Assembly: GCA_051294375.1 (NCBI GenBank) | Contig: CM119264.1 | Span: forward strand, 11,445,832-11,509,831 | Direction of reading: 5' to 3' | From: Paraspadella gotoi | Taxonomy: Eukaryota > Animalia > Chaetognatha | DNA length: 64,000 nt | Part shown: positions 1-12,868 of the stretch, one piece after another | Numbering within the stretch: position 1 is the first letter of the stretch | Layout of the letters: every line of letters begins with the position of its first letter | Translations under genes and position numbers: made by a program | Notes under the pieces: model-generated | What the model saw: only the letters and a program-made list of their open reading frames with translations | The model's database searches: none | What the model was told of the DNA's origin: nothing

Positions 1-414
1 TGTTATCTTTCTAACGTAGACTGGTACAGTGAATTTCTCTTAAAAATAAAAAACATTGGAGATAATACAATGCGAGAAATAACAGAGACTAAAAAAAAAA
101 CAAAGAGAAAAAAACAAAATGGCGACGACGATAAAATCTCTTGTTTGATGTTTACTCTTTGTTCTTGACGCGCGATGCTTTGTAAAAGCCGTGAAGCCGT
201 TCGTTCCATTTTTTTTTTCAATATTGACTCGTCATTTTTTTGTATTTTTATCAACTTCCCTTCGTTGAAAATCAGTTCACGTTAAGGAGTTTTTCATTAG
301 ATTTTATCGCGAAGGTGAATAAATTCTTTAAGGTTGGCGAAGTTTTTTTTTTTTTCGGCGACAGGATTAATTAAATCACGCGGTTGCGAGGAGTCTTAAT
401 CTCTGAATTTTAAT

Positions 415-436
415 GAGAGATGGAGTGGAGAGGGAG

Positions 437-528
<92 letters not shown>
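415..528. repeat. (GA)n microsatellite, representative of dozens of GA/TC tracts across the window
   Basis: Similar tracts at e.g. 9660, 10610, 11380, 12790, 44140, 45100-45300, 57670 and 63030. They explain the ERERER/SLSLSL ORFs. Confidence 0.95.
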
Positions 529-534
<6 letters not shown>

Positions 535-751
535 TAATTGCGTGCTTCACTGGCGCAAAAAAAAAGAGGGATGCCAATTATTCGGGTTTTTAGAAAGCGA
601 TTTGCCTTTTCGATTTCTTTCCAATCCTCTACTTTCCTTCCGATTTCCTTTCCTCCACGCTCTCTTTTCCTCCTCCTCCTCCTTTTTCTCCACCTTCTCC
701 TCCGCATCCAACACCGCTTCCACCGCCTTACCTTATATTTTCCTTACCCAG

Positions 752-1467
752 GTCTTATTTCTTGGCGAAAACCCAGTGGACGTCAGCGTGAACCTCACCA
801 AATACGGATTCAAGCGAAACGGGAAAGTTCACACGTTGATCATCAGAAACGTGGAGTTTCCAGACGCCGGGAGATACAAGTGCAGGTGAGGCTAAAAGTA
901 GGCGGCGCCGCGCCGGAGGGCTGCGGCGGCGTGTCTCCGACGGCGGGTAAAATTCGATGCGTCTTTTTTTTTTAAATTAATTGGATCGAAAATCGAAGGA
1001 AATTCGACGATTTTCTAGTTTTTTTCATTTTACGTAATTCTTTTTAGACTCGATTTATTTTTATAAAAAACGATTTGTCAATAAAAAAAACGTTATCACG
1101 AAAACAAATATGGGCAACGCCTATCGCAGCGACATACGTCGGCAGCCCATCGCCAATGGCAACTGCAACAGCGGCGCCAGACAACCGAGGCGCGCTAATG
1201 CGGCTCGATTGTTTCGAGACTGCCAGAGCTCTTCAGAGGACGAACCCATAAAAAGAACACAGATATTTATTCAATTTAATTTTTTTTTCTTTCTCTCTGT
1301 CTCCTTCCCAAACTAATTTAATTTGTAATCTCCCGCTCGTTCTATTTTCTTTGCTTCTCTCGAAGTCTTTACTATTCTTTTGTTTTTTTTCCTTTTTCAT
1401 TCATTAGATAATGAAGGTGCGTTTGAATTCGCCGGTAGGCGTCACGTCCTCCGCGCTTTAATGTGTC

Positions 1468-1532
<65 letters not shown>

Positions 1533-4500
1533 ATCTATTTAATCTCTCTAATAAAAAATACGCGTCTGCGATCTAATCTTCTCGTCATCTTCGCGAACTG
1601 ATTTCTTTTAAATACCCCCTCTTGCTCTCTTTCTTCTCTCCTTATTCTTTTTATCATTATCCCTACCCCTTCTCTATTTCCCTTTTTTAATCCCTTGTCC
1701 ATTTTCATCCTATTTCCCTCCTTCCCTGTTCCTCAATCAAAATATCATGTCTTCCTTTCCTCCCTTGCCCCTATCTTTATCCTCCTCCTCCTCCTCCTCC
1801 TCCTCCCCCCCTCTCTTTCTCTCCTCCAGCAACATCCTCTCCGCCAATCTACGCGTCGTGGGCCGCCCAACTTGCACGCCTTCCAATCCCGTGCTGAGAG
1901 AAGGAGAGAAGGCAATCTTCTACTGCCAGGTAAGTTCTCTAATTAGCGATACCTCACCGTTCCCCGCCCTTCCTCATCGCTTTTTCTCTCTCTCTTTCCT
2001 TAGCCAACATTTTCAGTAATCAAGCTTCAAATCTACAAATCAATTGCTCCCCTATTCTTTCACATATTTTCTTCTTTTGTTTTGCGATATAAATCTTACG
2101 CCCCAAATTCGATCTTTTCAAACTCGCTGCGCTTCAACCTTCGCTTTTCTTTTCTGGGTCGCTAATTCCCAAAGTTCTATTTCGTACTCACCTCTGCGGC
2201 TCTGCCCCCAGAATGTGATGCTTACTTGCTCATTTCATTTGGCGCTATTCCCACTCACGATGATCTGACCTCCTGATCCTTTGACCTTTTAACCTTTCGA
2301 CCGCGTCGCTTGGATTTAACGCGAAATGTCACCCAGTTCGTTCACCCACAATTGACGCGAATTGGTCCTCATTTACTACTAACTTACCATGATGGGAAAA
2401 AAATGTCGCGATTTCGAAAAATTATTTAATTTTATTGTGAAATACATTTTTTGTTGGTAAATGGGTTTTAAAATATAGTACTTCGGCAACAGCCGGGTAT
2501 TTCCCTGTGATCACATGACTACATGACTATTGACTAGAAAATATATGTATAACAAACTACTTATGGTTTATCACTACTCTGCAAAATTTTATTTCAAACA
2601 ACCAGACATTACACGAAATAAAACACAGTTTTGCGTGGTGCATCACACTGCTTTGGAATTTCGTTTTTTATTCTTTCTAGTTCTATATTTTCCTAAAGGC
2701 GTCGCTTGCAGTCACTTAGATTTTAAGTTTTTTCCTCTCTTAATAAATTAGAAACTAACTATAGGCGAGTTATGAGCATTTTTAACATAAGTGGGACAGA
2801 CCTAACCCTAATCCCTAACTCTAACCTAATTCTAAATCCTAACCTTTAATTCTTATCTTTAATTTCTAAACCTAAAGGCTAGGCTTTATCCCAAATCCCT
2901 AACCCTAATAAAAAAACAAATCCTTAACCTTTATCATTAACTTAATCCCAAACCTTAATCTCTAACCTAATTTTTATCTAAAAAAATTCACCTGAATCAA
3001 AATTTATACTTAAAATTCAGAAAGTTTTAATAAAATTTGGCAACTATAATTTAGAGAAAAGTTTGAAATGAATTCGATAACGATTTATTTGAAACAATAA
3101 TAACGGACATGTTTCGGCTCTTGTTCAAGCCTTCAACAAGAGCCGAAACATGTCCGTTATTATTGTTTCAATTAATCGTTGTCGAATTCATTTCAAACTT
3201 TTCTCTAAATCTCAACCACAACGAAACGAAAGGATTATAATGGCAACTATGATGAAATTTTATTATTTACAAAATAATTCGGACTTTAGTTTCAAGATTT
3301 CATCAGCGCTGATGAAGACTTGAAACCAAAGTTGAGACATGTCCAAATTTTGTAAAAATAAATTCCATTACATCGTTTAAAACTTTCTAAATCTCAAAAA
3401 AGCGATGAAAGAGATCGAAAATACCCAATATATATAAATATACTAATATATATCACCATAAAAAAGCGACCGCATGATGTTGGATAATTCTCGAAATAAA
3501 AAATTGATACTTGGCAGACTGTATTTAATTGATTCGTTTCATTTCTCTTTCACTCTACTTCAATTTCCTTTTTCAATTCTTTGTTGGACTCTGTAATTCT
3601 CTCTCTATCTCTCAGAAAAATTTTTCACAACTTTATTTTTGCTGATGAAGACTAACAATTAGTCGAAACATGTCCGTTTTTACGTAAAAATATACTGCGG
3701 CGCAAAAAAAAAGGAGCCACTAGTTATATAATGGTGTATTTACACCATTATTTTTTTTCTTATTTTGAGAAAATATACATTAGAAGTATAGCTCTTTTAA
3801 GGAGCTATCGATTAGTGCAAGACAAATTTGAATTGGTTAAGGCAGTAGAATATAGCAAAGTCAGAGTCTCAAAACTAAATTTGTAAAAAGTTATTTCCAA
3901 AGGTGAGCGTAATTCAAATCATTCAAATCATTCAAATAATTTTTTATGATACTTATATAAATGATGACTTTTTAGAATATAATAATTTAAACAGGTTATA
4001 TATTTTGAAAAACAGATTAGTTAATTCAATTTTGACTTTCTTAATTTAACAGAGGCTGACCAGTAAGGCGTAGTAAAAAGTTTAAATTTAACTTAAATTA
4101 AAATTCTAAAAGTGAGAAATGAACGGCGTTGTATTAATGAACATTAATGTATAAAAAAAATTATTATAATTTTTGTAATTTATTAAGTAGGCTATATTTA
4201 TATATAGTACTTACCCTTTAAATGATACTATTTCCAAATTGTTTTTATAAGATTTTTTGCAGATTTGAATTCGTCTTCGTTTATAAAAAGAAATAAATTT
4301 TTTTGTTAGTTGACCGATCTTTCAAGTTTAATTTCACGGAGTAAAAATGATGAGATTGGGGTTTCGCTCTTTGTCAAAAATCTGGCACAAGAATCCAGTT
4401 CTTGTTGCGGGATGCGCTAGAGGCTTTCAATCGAACGATAGGCCGAAAAATTCGGTGAAAGGGGTCTTGGAAGCAGCTCATAAGGTCGACGAAAAGGTTG

Positions 4501-7500
4501 CTCCGTTAGACTGGCCTTTTTTCGTCGACATGAGGCACGGGAAGAAGGTATGACTGAATATTTTATTGCCCATCAAAATTTTTGTTTCGAGCTTTATTTC
4601 TTTTTTCACTCATATTTCATTCAAATTGTATGTTTTAAGACACAATATTTTTAGGATACCCATACTTTTAGCGACAATGAAATGAATCGAAGACTGACAA
4701 ATCTGAGAAATATCATGACTTCAAAGGTAAAGAAGGGGAAATTAAGTACCTTTTTTTGTAACTTTCTGTAACTTTTTGTAACTCATGTTTTCTAATGTAA
4801 AACTTATCTTCTTTATCCAGGGATTGGACGCGTGTGTTTTCATGTCATTTCAAAATGTTAAATATTTTTCGGATTTTCTTTACTGCACATTTGGTCGACC
4901 CTACGCCCTTGTCGTCACTATGGATGATTCTATTACTGTATCCGCCGGTAAAAATAAGTTAATATTAAAAACGTCTGAAAGTTTTTCTACATAGTCAATG
5001 AAATGATTCCTTAACTTTTATCACAAATTTAATTTTTTTTTATTATAATATTACTTAATTAATTTATTACTTTATTTTTATCCGGATCTGCTTTTCAGCA
5101 GATTCCGGCTCGATAATTCACTTTGTCGGTCTGTCGGGCGCCGCCCATTATCTTGTCTGTAAGTCACTTATATCATCTCAGATCATCGAATTATAGAAAA
5201 TTATACATAAAAAAAAAAGATTTCCGTCCGTCCATATGTCCGTCCATCCGTTTGTCCATCCCTCCTTAACTTTGAACGCCAATTACCCATGTGTGGATGG
5301 GGCGATTGACTTGAAATTTTATGTGTGTGTAACAGTCCTAAAAACAAACAAGTTTGTGTATAATTAATTTATCTTTTAACTAATTAATATAATAAATTAC
5401 CGCTAATGATCGTGGGCAGGTCCGGCATTGTTTGCTTAAACTTGTTTTATTACAAGTTAAAATTTCATTTCATTTTAATGGATTGCAATGGAAGGCATTG
5501 ACGGAGGGCAGCCATGGCGCAGGAGTTTTGGTAACAACGTGACTTACACCGACTGGCAGCAAGACAATTTCTTTCGTGCTCTTAAGTGTCTGGTAGAATC
5601 TGACACTGCAAAACAAGTTGGCTTTGAGCTTGATGCAATATCTATGACTCACATGAAAAAGATCCATGACTTCCTGCCATCTATTAAAAAGGTTAAACAT
5701 AAATTTTTGGGTTTTTGTTATTGTATCACTTTTCTTTATGATGTAATTTCAACAAATAAATGAAAAATATCGTAAAAATTATTTTTATAGTAAAACCAAC
5801 AGTAATAACAAAGTTCGCCTTAACCACGGATTAGACGGAAGACTGATTATTTAATTTTTGAAATTTTTTTTAAAGGTTGATATAAGCAGAGATGCGTCCA
5901 AAATACGTCTGATCAAATCATGTGAAGAAATTAAGGCTAGTAGTAAACACTGTGAATATTGAATACTATAAAAACGATTCATTAGGCAAAAATTTATATG
6001 ATAATAAATTATTTCGATTATGGTTTCTAGTTGATTCGGGATGGAGCGGCAATAGCCGACCTCGGCGGGCATGCAGCGATCGAGGCATTGGAAGAAGGAA
6101 AGGAGGAATGGGAGGTGGCGCAACAAGTTGTACAGACTTTGGTCAAAAACGTCGCCAAGAAATATCCTCATACGGAAATAATGGACTGTAAGTTGCGTAG
6201 TTTTACTTTGTTTTGTTCTTCTTGAACTTATGATTTTATTTTTTTTTTTTTTTATCCCAACTGAATAATTTCTGGTTGGTTTCAGCTTGGTCTTGGATTC
6301 AAAGCGGAATCAATACTGATGGAGCTCATAATCCTCTCACATCAAGAAAAATACAAAGTGGAGATATTCTCAGCATCAATGCTTTTCCATCTATCTCGGG
6401 GTGAATTTATTAAATTGAATTGTCAGAATGTTTTAGCTTTTAACTTTTTATTTTTTACTTTTAAATGTATAAACTGGAAAAAAAAATATAATCAATGAGG
6501 TGTAACTCTCTTTGTTTCACATAAGTTATTACACGGCCTTGGAGAGGACAGTCTTCTTGAACCACTGCAGCGAGGCACACCTCGCCTTCTGGGAGGCCAA
6601 CGTCGCCGTCCATCGCCGAGGCATGGAACTCATCAAGCCCGGTGCGCGATGCTGCGACATTGCCAATGAGCTCGACGAGATGTACAAAAGCAATGATCTT
6701 CTGAGATACAGAAGCGCAGGATTCGGTCACTCCTTCGGGGTTCTGTCACACTACTATGGAAGAGAATCAGGTTTAGTTGATATGGATTATGGACAAATAA
6801 TTCATAATGTGATATGGAACATATGGAAGGAAATATGGAAAATAAGAGAATATGAAATAGAAAGAAATATAATGGTTTTTATTTATCCTACTAATTATTA
6901 ACCCTCAATATTTCTTGACTCACGCAGAGGTAGAAATTCGAAACGACGTTGAGACGGTGATAGAGCCTGGGATGGTCGTGTCACTTCTGCCCATGATCAT
7001 GATTCCTGATGGCAAACCGGGAGCCGGCGCATATCGCGAACACGACATCCTCATTATCAAGGAAGATGGGAACGAGAATATCACCAAATTTCCATTCGGT
7101 CCTGAACATAACATTATCGTCAAGTGAAGGGGATTGATGGCATTCATGCTATATATAGCAGAGCATAGAAAACTATTATTAGTATTAATTATTGTGTTGG
7201 AAGACGTTTTTAATGTTTTTCTACAACGACTTTATTTGTAAAAAACGTACATGTTTCGGCTTACAAAAAGTTTAAATTTAATGTTTTATTCCTGAAAATT
7301 AAGCTATCTGAATCTGCTTTTAAAAATACAAAAATTTCAAAAAAATTGTTGACATTTCCTATCTATAAATAAATATTAAACAATTTTAGAAAATTTTGGT
7401 CCATTGAAATTGTTTTCAGAAATGTATCATTTGGGAAGGTTCCCAAATCAAACTTCTGAGCCACCCCATTGACAAAGATTGGCCCTACTTTTAGTCGAAT

Positions 7501-9657
7501 ATACTTACTGCAGATTCCGACTCCATTAGTCACTTTATCTGTCCGTCGAGCCCACCCCACAAACACGTCGGTTTAGATTTAGAAATCAGAACGTTGAACT
7601 ATAAAAAAAATTGCCAAAAAATGATTTTCGTCCGTCCGCTTTAAACTCCAATTATTTAGGAGCAGATTGAGCAATTGAGCTGCAATTTTGTTTATGGGTG
7701 AAAAAGTAGGTGAACAAACGCGGATAAAAATTTTAATGGAATTATCCGAGTACCAATTAGTTCAAATGGAAGAAAGAAAATTTACTTTTTATAATTTGTT
7801 TGGTTTTTTTTGCTTTTATTTGAAATGTATAGACAATAGGGATGCTGCAAAAATAATGAATACTTAAATCGTAACAATTATAATAACCACAACTACTACC
7901 ACAACAACCATAACTACATCAAAAAAAATTACAATCACAATAATAATATAATAGTTTTGCTTTTGATTTTTCGTTTCTAAAATTAAAATGCTAAAAAATA
8001 GCTGGAAAGTTGCCGCGACAGTTTTTTTCATCATGGTAACTTAACCCATTTAGATTTTAAAAAAACATTTCTTAGCTTTGACTTCATAAGATACTCGCTC
8101 ACTTGTGCATTTTAAGTTCTTCTCCTTGCTTGTTCACTGTCCTTCTAAATGTCAAAGATGTGGTCACTGGTCAATAAATCAAACAATAGATATGCTATAT
8201 GCTTAATTTGCTTTAGGTTTTTTAAAGTCATGAGTGATCTTAATACTCCTGACTAAAAATAAAAAACTTAATTAAATATTTTTATTTTACGCTATGCCAT
8301 CTCAGATTACAAACAAAACTTCCACTTTCACCGCTGGCCAATGCCCATTGTCCACTCTCAAACCCACCAAATGACTCGCCCGACAACCATCTCGACCCGA
8401 ATCTTTTGTTCTCGATTGCTCCTTTGTTCGCCGTTCGTCATTCGTCGACGCCCGCCAGGGGAAGCGAAAAATCGAATTGGCAAATCGGCCGGAATTGCGG
8501 CCAGCGATGGTGTCGGGGCTTTTGGGGTGAAACAGAGTTCGAAGTTGAAGATAAAAGGGTTCACAATTCGTAGAAGGGTGGAGGGAAATAAAAGATGTTG
8601 GACTGATTGATGATTACTGTATTATGCCATTAAAATTCGAAATCAGATTGTTCGATTTCCATTCTGAAAGTTAAAGTTTAAAGCGGATTTAAGAGAATGA
8701 GAAGCGCAGGTCCCCAACGTACCGTCGAGTATTTTCTTCCAATAAACCATAACGCCGGATGAAGCATGGCAGGGGAGGCAGGGAGGAAGGATAAAACTCG
8801 GTGGAATGGTGTTTACCGGCGGAACTAAGGATTACGGTCGGAAAGGTTCTGGTCTAAAAATAGATTTTCTTTTTTGGGGGAAAAGGATTATGCGAACAAC
8901 GGGGAAGGTGGTAGAAATAACGAAAAAAAAGCTAGAACGTCGGGAAAGGGAATAAATAACGACGACAAAAACCGGATGTTAATGGAGATTTCAGTTCCAG
9001 ATTGCGACCTGCTCGGCCCCTAAGACGACTCTTTTCCCTCTCACCTCGCCAGCCCCCAAGGCTAAGGTTTTTGGGTCCGGTGTCCAATCACTATATATCG
9101 CCCCACTTCACTGGGTTTCTTTCTTTCTCGATTTATTTATTTTTTACTTTATTTTCTTTACTCGTTTCTCTCATTGCGTCCAGATTTCTGTAAATATTTT
9201 GTTGCTTTTCGCGAAAGCTTTGGTCTCGAGAAAAATTCTCCCCTCTCCCACCAAAAAATGAAACCAAAAGAAAAATACTAATATCTGAAAGGAACTGCGA
9301 TTGACTGGCGATTTTGGCGAGAATAGAAAACGACAAAAAAAAACTAAGAAAAAACGGAAATAGTTTCCGACTGTGAATAGAGGAAATATCGGGTTCTATT
9401 AAAAAATTTCAACACATTTAGCTTTTTAATCTAATGCGGATGTAATTTTGATTTTTTTTTTTCAACTAAATTTACCTCTGAGCGAATACACAAGTCTCGA
9501 GTGTTTTCTTTTTCCTTACGTTGAGACCGCCTTGGAAAATTTGAAAGTATCTCACGTACAAAACGTAAAAAAGCCGCAATAGAACGGAAAGCCAACAATT
9601 CCGCCGGTGCGCGCGGTACTTTGGTTCCAATCACGGCTTTTTTCTTCCGCTTCAAAT

Positions 9658-9751
<94 letters not shown>

Positions 9752-10605
9752 AAATTTTCTCCTTTTTTCGTAGACAATTTACATTTTCCCTACGATTTAC
9801 CGTCTCCTTTCGAATCTAATCTTCCCCTCAACCCACACAAAGAAAGATCTCCATCTCTATCTTGCACCTATACCCCATCCCCCATCCCAACCTCTGCAGT
9901 CTGCACCCCAACCCCCAAACTCCACGCCTTTCCCGTAATAAATGGTTTTCCCTCCGCATTTGCATTTCTTTAAATATTTCCATCGTTTTTTTTTTTTAGG
10001 TTGGCCCAAAAAGTCGACCGAATATCCATCAATGAAAATAAATCCCCCATTTTTTTTCTCTCCACCGTAAGAATCCAACGACGCAAACTTCACCATAAAT
10101 TTTCCGCTCGCGTTTCCCGCATTGAATTTCTTCTCCCCGCAAAATTTTAGAGTCGAGAATTTCAAACTCAGACTTTTTTTTTTTCGTAATGCTCTTTTTT
10201 GGTTTTGTGTTTGGTTATGACGGAATATTAATTTAGAACGAATGAAAATTACAACCGTTACCTGTTCAAATTATTATCCAATATTATCCATTGGACATTC
10301 GTTTTTCCCAATTTTCTCGGGGCGACGAAAATGGTCTCAATTCCTTTCACTTTCACTGTTCAGTGTTCATTGTTCAATGTCCATAAGTGGCTCGAATCGT
10401 TCTCTCAGTTTTCGCCGCTCATGGATCCTTCACCGCCTCTCGCCCCATTAGAGACAACCTTTTCTGGCACTTTGCCTGGCAGGAGCACCCACGGCTTTGC
10501 TTTTCTTTTATCCCGGGCACAGGTTTCGCTTACTCTTACCTTTATTCGTCCGGGAAACTAAAACGTATAAAATTTAAATAACTCCCGTCTTATTGATAAA
10601 CGTAT

Positions 10606-10680
<75 letters not shown>

Positions 10681-11374
10681 CTTCCCCTTCCATCGTCCAA
10701 CCTTGATCAGGTGTCGACAGCTGCGGATCTGAAAGTCCAATTAGTGTGGAAACTTGGTAACAACCAAATTCTCCATGGGAACGCGTCGGCGCTGGGAGAC
10801 GCGGCCGCCACCACCACCACCTCCCGCCTCGAGTTCCACCCCAGCCATCGGCACAACGGGAACGCCCTCGCCTGCACCCTCGCCCCGCAGAAGTTCTGGA
10901 GCAAGAGCGTCCCGTATCCGACCTGCGGGTGAGTCGGGGTTAAAAGGAATCAAGGACGTGGGAGGGAAAGAGAGATCGATCAGACGAATAGCTTTCCGAG
11001 AAATTCAATCGTTTAATTCATATGTTAATTCATATGTTAATTTGACTCAATTGATAGATTTATTGGTGGATTGGTTAATTAGATGATAAAAATATTTTTT
11101 GGTTTTCATTTTGTTCTATGTGTGTTTTCATTATTTTTATTATCAAAAGCACCTGCAGTGTAAAGGGGGAAAAAAACGATGGAGGCCTGGCGAAACATAA
11201 AACACAAAACAGAAAAAAAAAAAACCGTGAGAAGCTCTTTGCTGCTTTTTTCCTCCATCGGTGAAAAAAAATGCAACATTTGCAGAATGAAAAAACATGA
11301 GGGAAAAACTTATGACTGAGAATGAACTGTCTCCCTATGAAAGTCACCCGGTGCCTCTCTCTATCTCTCTCTCT

Positions 11375-11469
<95 letters not shown>

Positions 11470-12785
11470 TCTCTCTGGCTCCCTTTCTGCGTTTCACGCT
11501 TAAAACTGACAAGCCTTTCCGTTTCTGGTCTAAAGGGATCTAGACAATAGCCCGCTGAACACGACGCAGAAATTCTCGCTCTTAATTTCCTTAAAGTTTA
11601 TTCATTGTTTTTTAAATGCGGATTCGTCGTTTGTCGCGAGAATTCCTAAGCGACGCCGACCTTCCCGCCATTTTCGGTTTGAAGTCTGACAGGTGCGCGC
11701 ACCTGCGAGACAGTAACGTCACGTGGGAGAGAGATTAAACTCTTAAAAGGAAGTTCCGATCAACTAAAAATTATTTAATCAACATTCAACAATTCAACAT
11801 GATTCATACTCTACACTGTCAACTGTGGCTAAAGTGAGAGTAAAATTCCGCATTCTTCACATCGTCTTCGGTTCCTCCTCTTCACTTTTCTCGAATCTCA
11901 CAGGATCCATGAGTGAAACGCCTTCTGTGTTTTTTTTCTCTTCCCATCCGTTTCCTTTGTTTTTTTCTTATCTCACTCTCCTTTCATCATGGGCATCGTT
12001 ATTTAAACTAATTGTTTTCAGATACGCTACTCGGTTAAACTTATGCTTAATCGTTGAATATTATATATATTTATATGAAATTGGTAGAACCAATATAAAA
12101 ATTATCCATTCATTTAATAAATAAGCTATCTTACCCATGACTTTGGACAGGCTTTGATGGTTTAAGGCCTCCATCACTCTTACAAGATAATGACATAGCA
12201 GGTCCCTGCAAGCTTTCAATCAAGACTCTCTCACAGTCTCCTTTATTCACTCTCAGAGTACCTGGCTTCCCTATCAATGAAGTGGTATAATATTTCAAAG
12301 AATGTTTCAATTGTATGAAAAGACCACTCCGTTAAGTATTATATACTATATTATAAATATTATATTTCTCGTATTTTACCATTAGAAACTTCGCCACATC
12401 TTCCCCAGTCTTTGTAATATATTTGGTCACTTTATTTTGATCCTTTCATCACCCCGCTCCTCAACTCCTCCGCTCCACTCCACTCGACCACCAGGTACCA
12501 GGATCTCGTGATTCGTTACCCGCCAAAGTTCAACTGCTCAGCCACTCAACTCTTTCGTCCCGACGACGACGACGCCGACGATTTCGTCCTCCGCTGCGAC
12601 GTCACTAGCAACCCTTACATCCGGGCCGAGAACATATCGTGGCAATTTCATCCGGAGTCGATCGGCGGCGGACTGAAGGGATTGAAGAGAAGAGTGAGGA
12701 TGACGACGAGCGCCATCGCCGGAGGTCCATCGGGTCAAGGTAGGCGGGGGTGGGGAATGAAGAGGAGTTGGGGATGGAGTGAAAG

Positions 12786-12868
<83 letters not shown>

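Larger units (their letters stand above)
2384..8039. mobile_element. Putative TIR-bounded block (non-autonomous/Pack-type DNA element) containing the creatinase gene
   Basis: 2384-2410 TTACCATGATGGGAAAAAAATGTCGCG versus the reverse complement of 8014-8039, TTACCATGATGAAAAAAACTGTCGCG. TA lies at both outer ends. The enclosed block is more AT-rich than the surrounding intron and lacks its long (TC)n runs. No transposase seen. Confidence 0.35.

Noticed and set aside
413-751. ERERER-containing N-terminus of ORF 413-889
   Set aside because: (GA)n microsatellite and intron; only 752-885 is a supported exon.
4347-7127. Bacterial contamination as the source of the creatinase
   Set aside because: Eight spliceosomal introns, a host-family repeat in intron 3 and gap-free continuity with animal exons.
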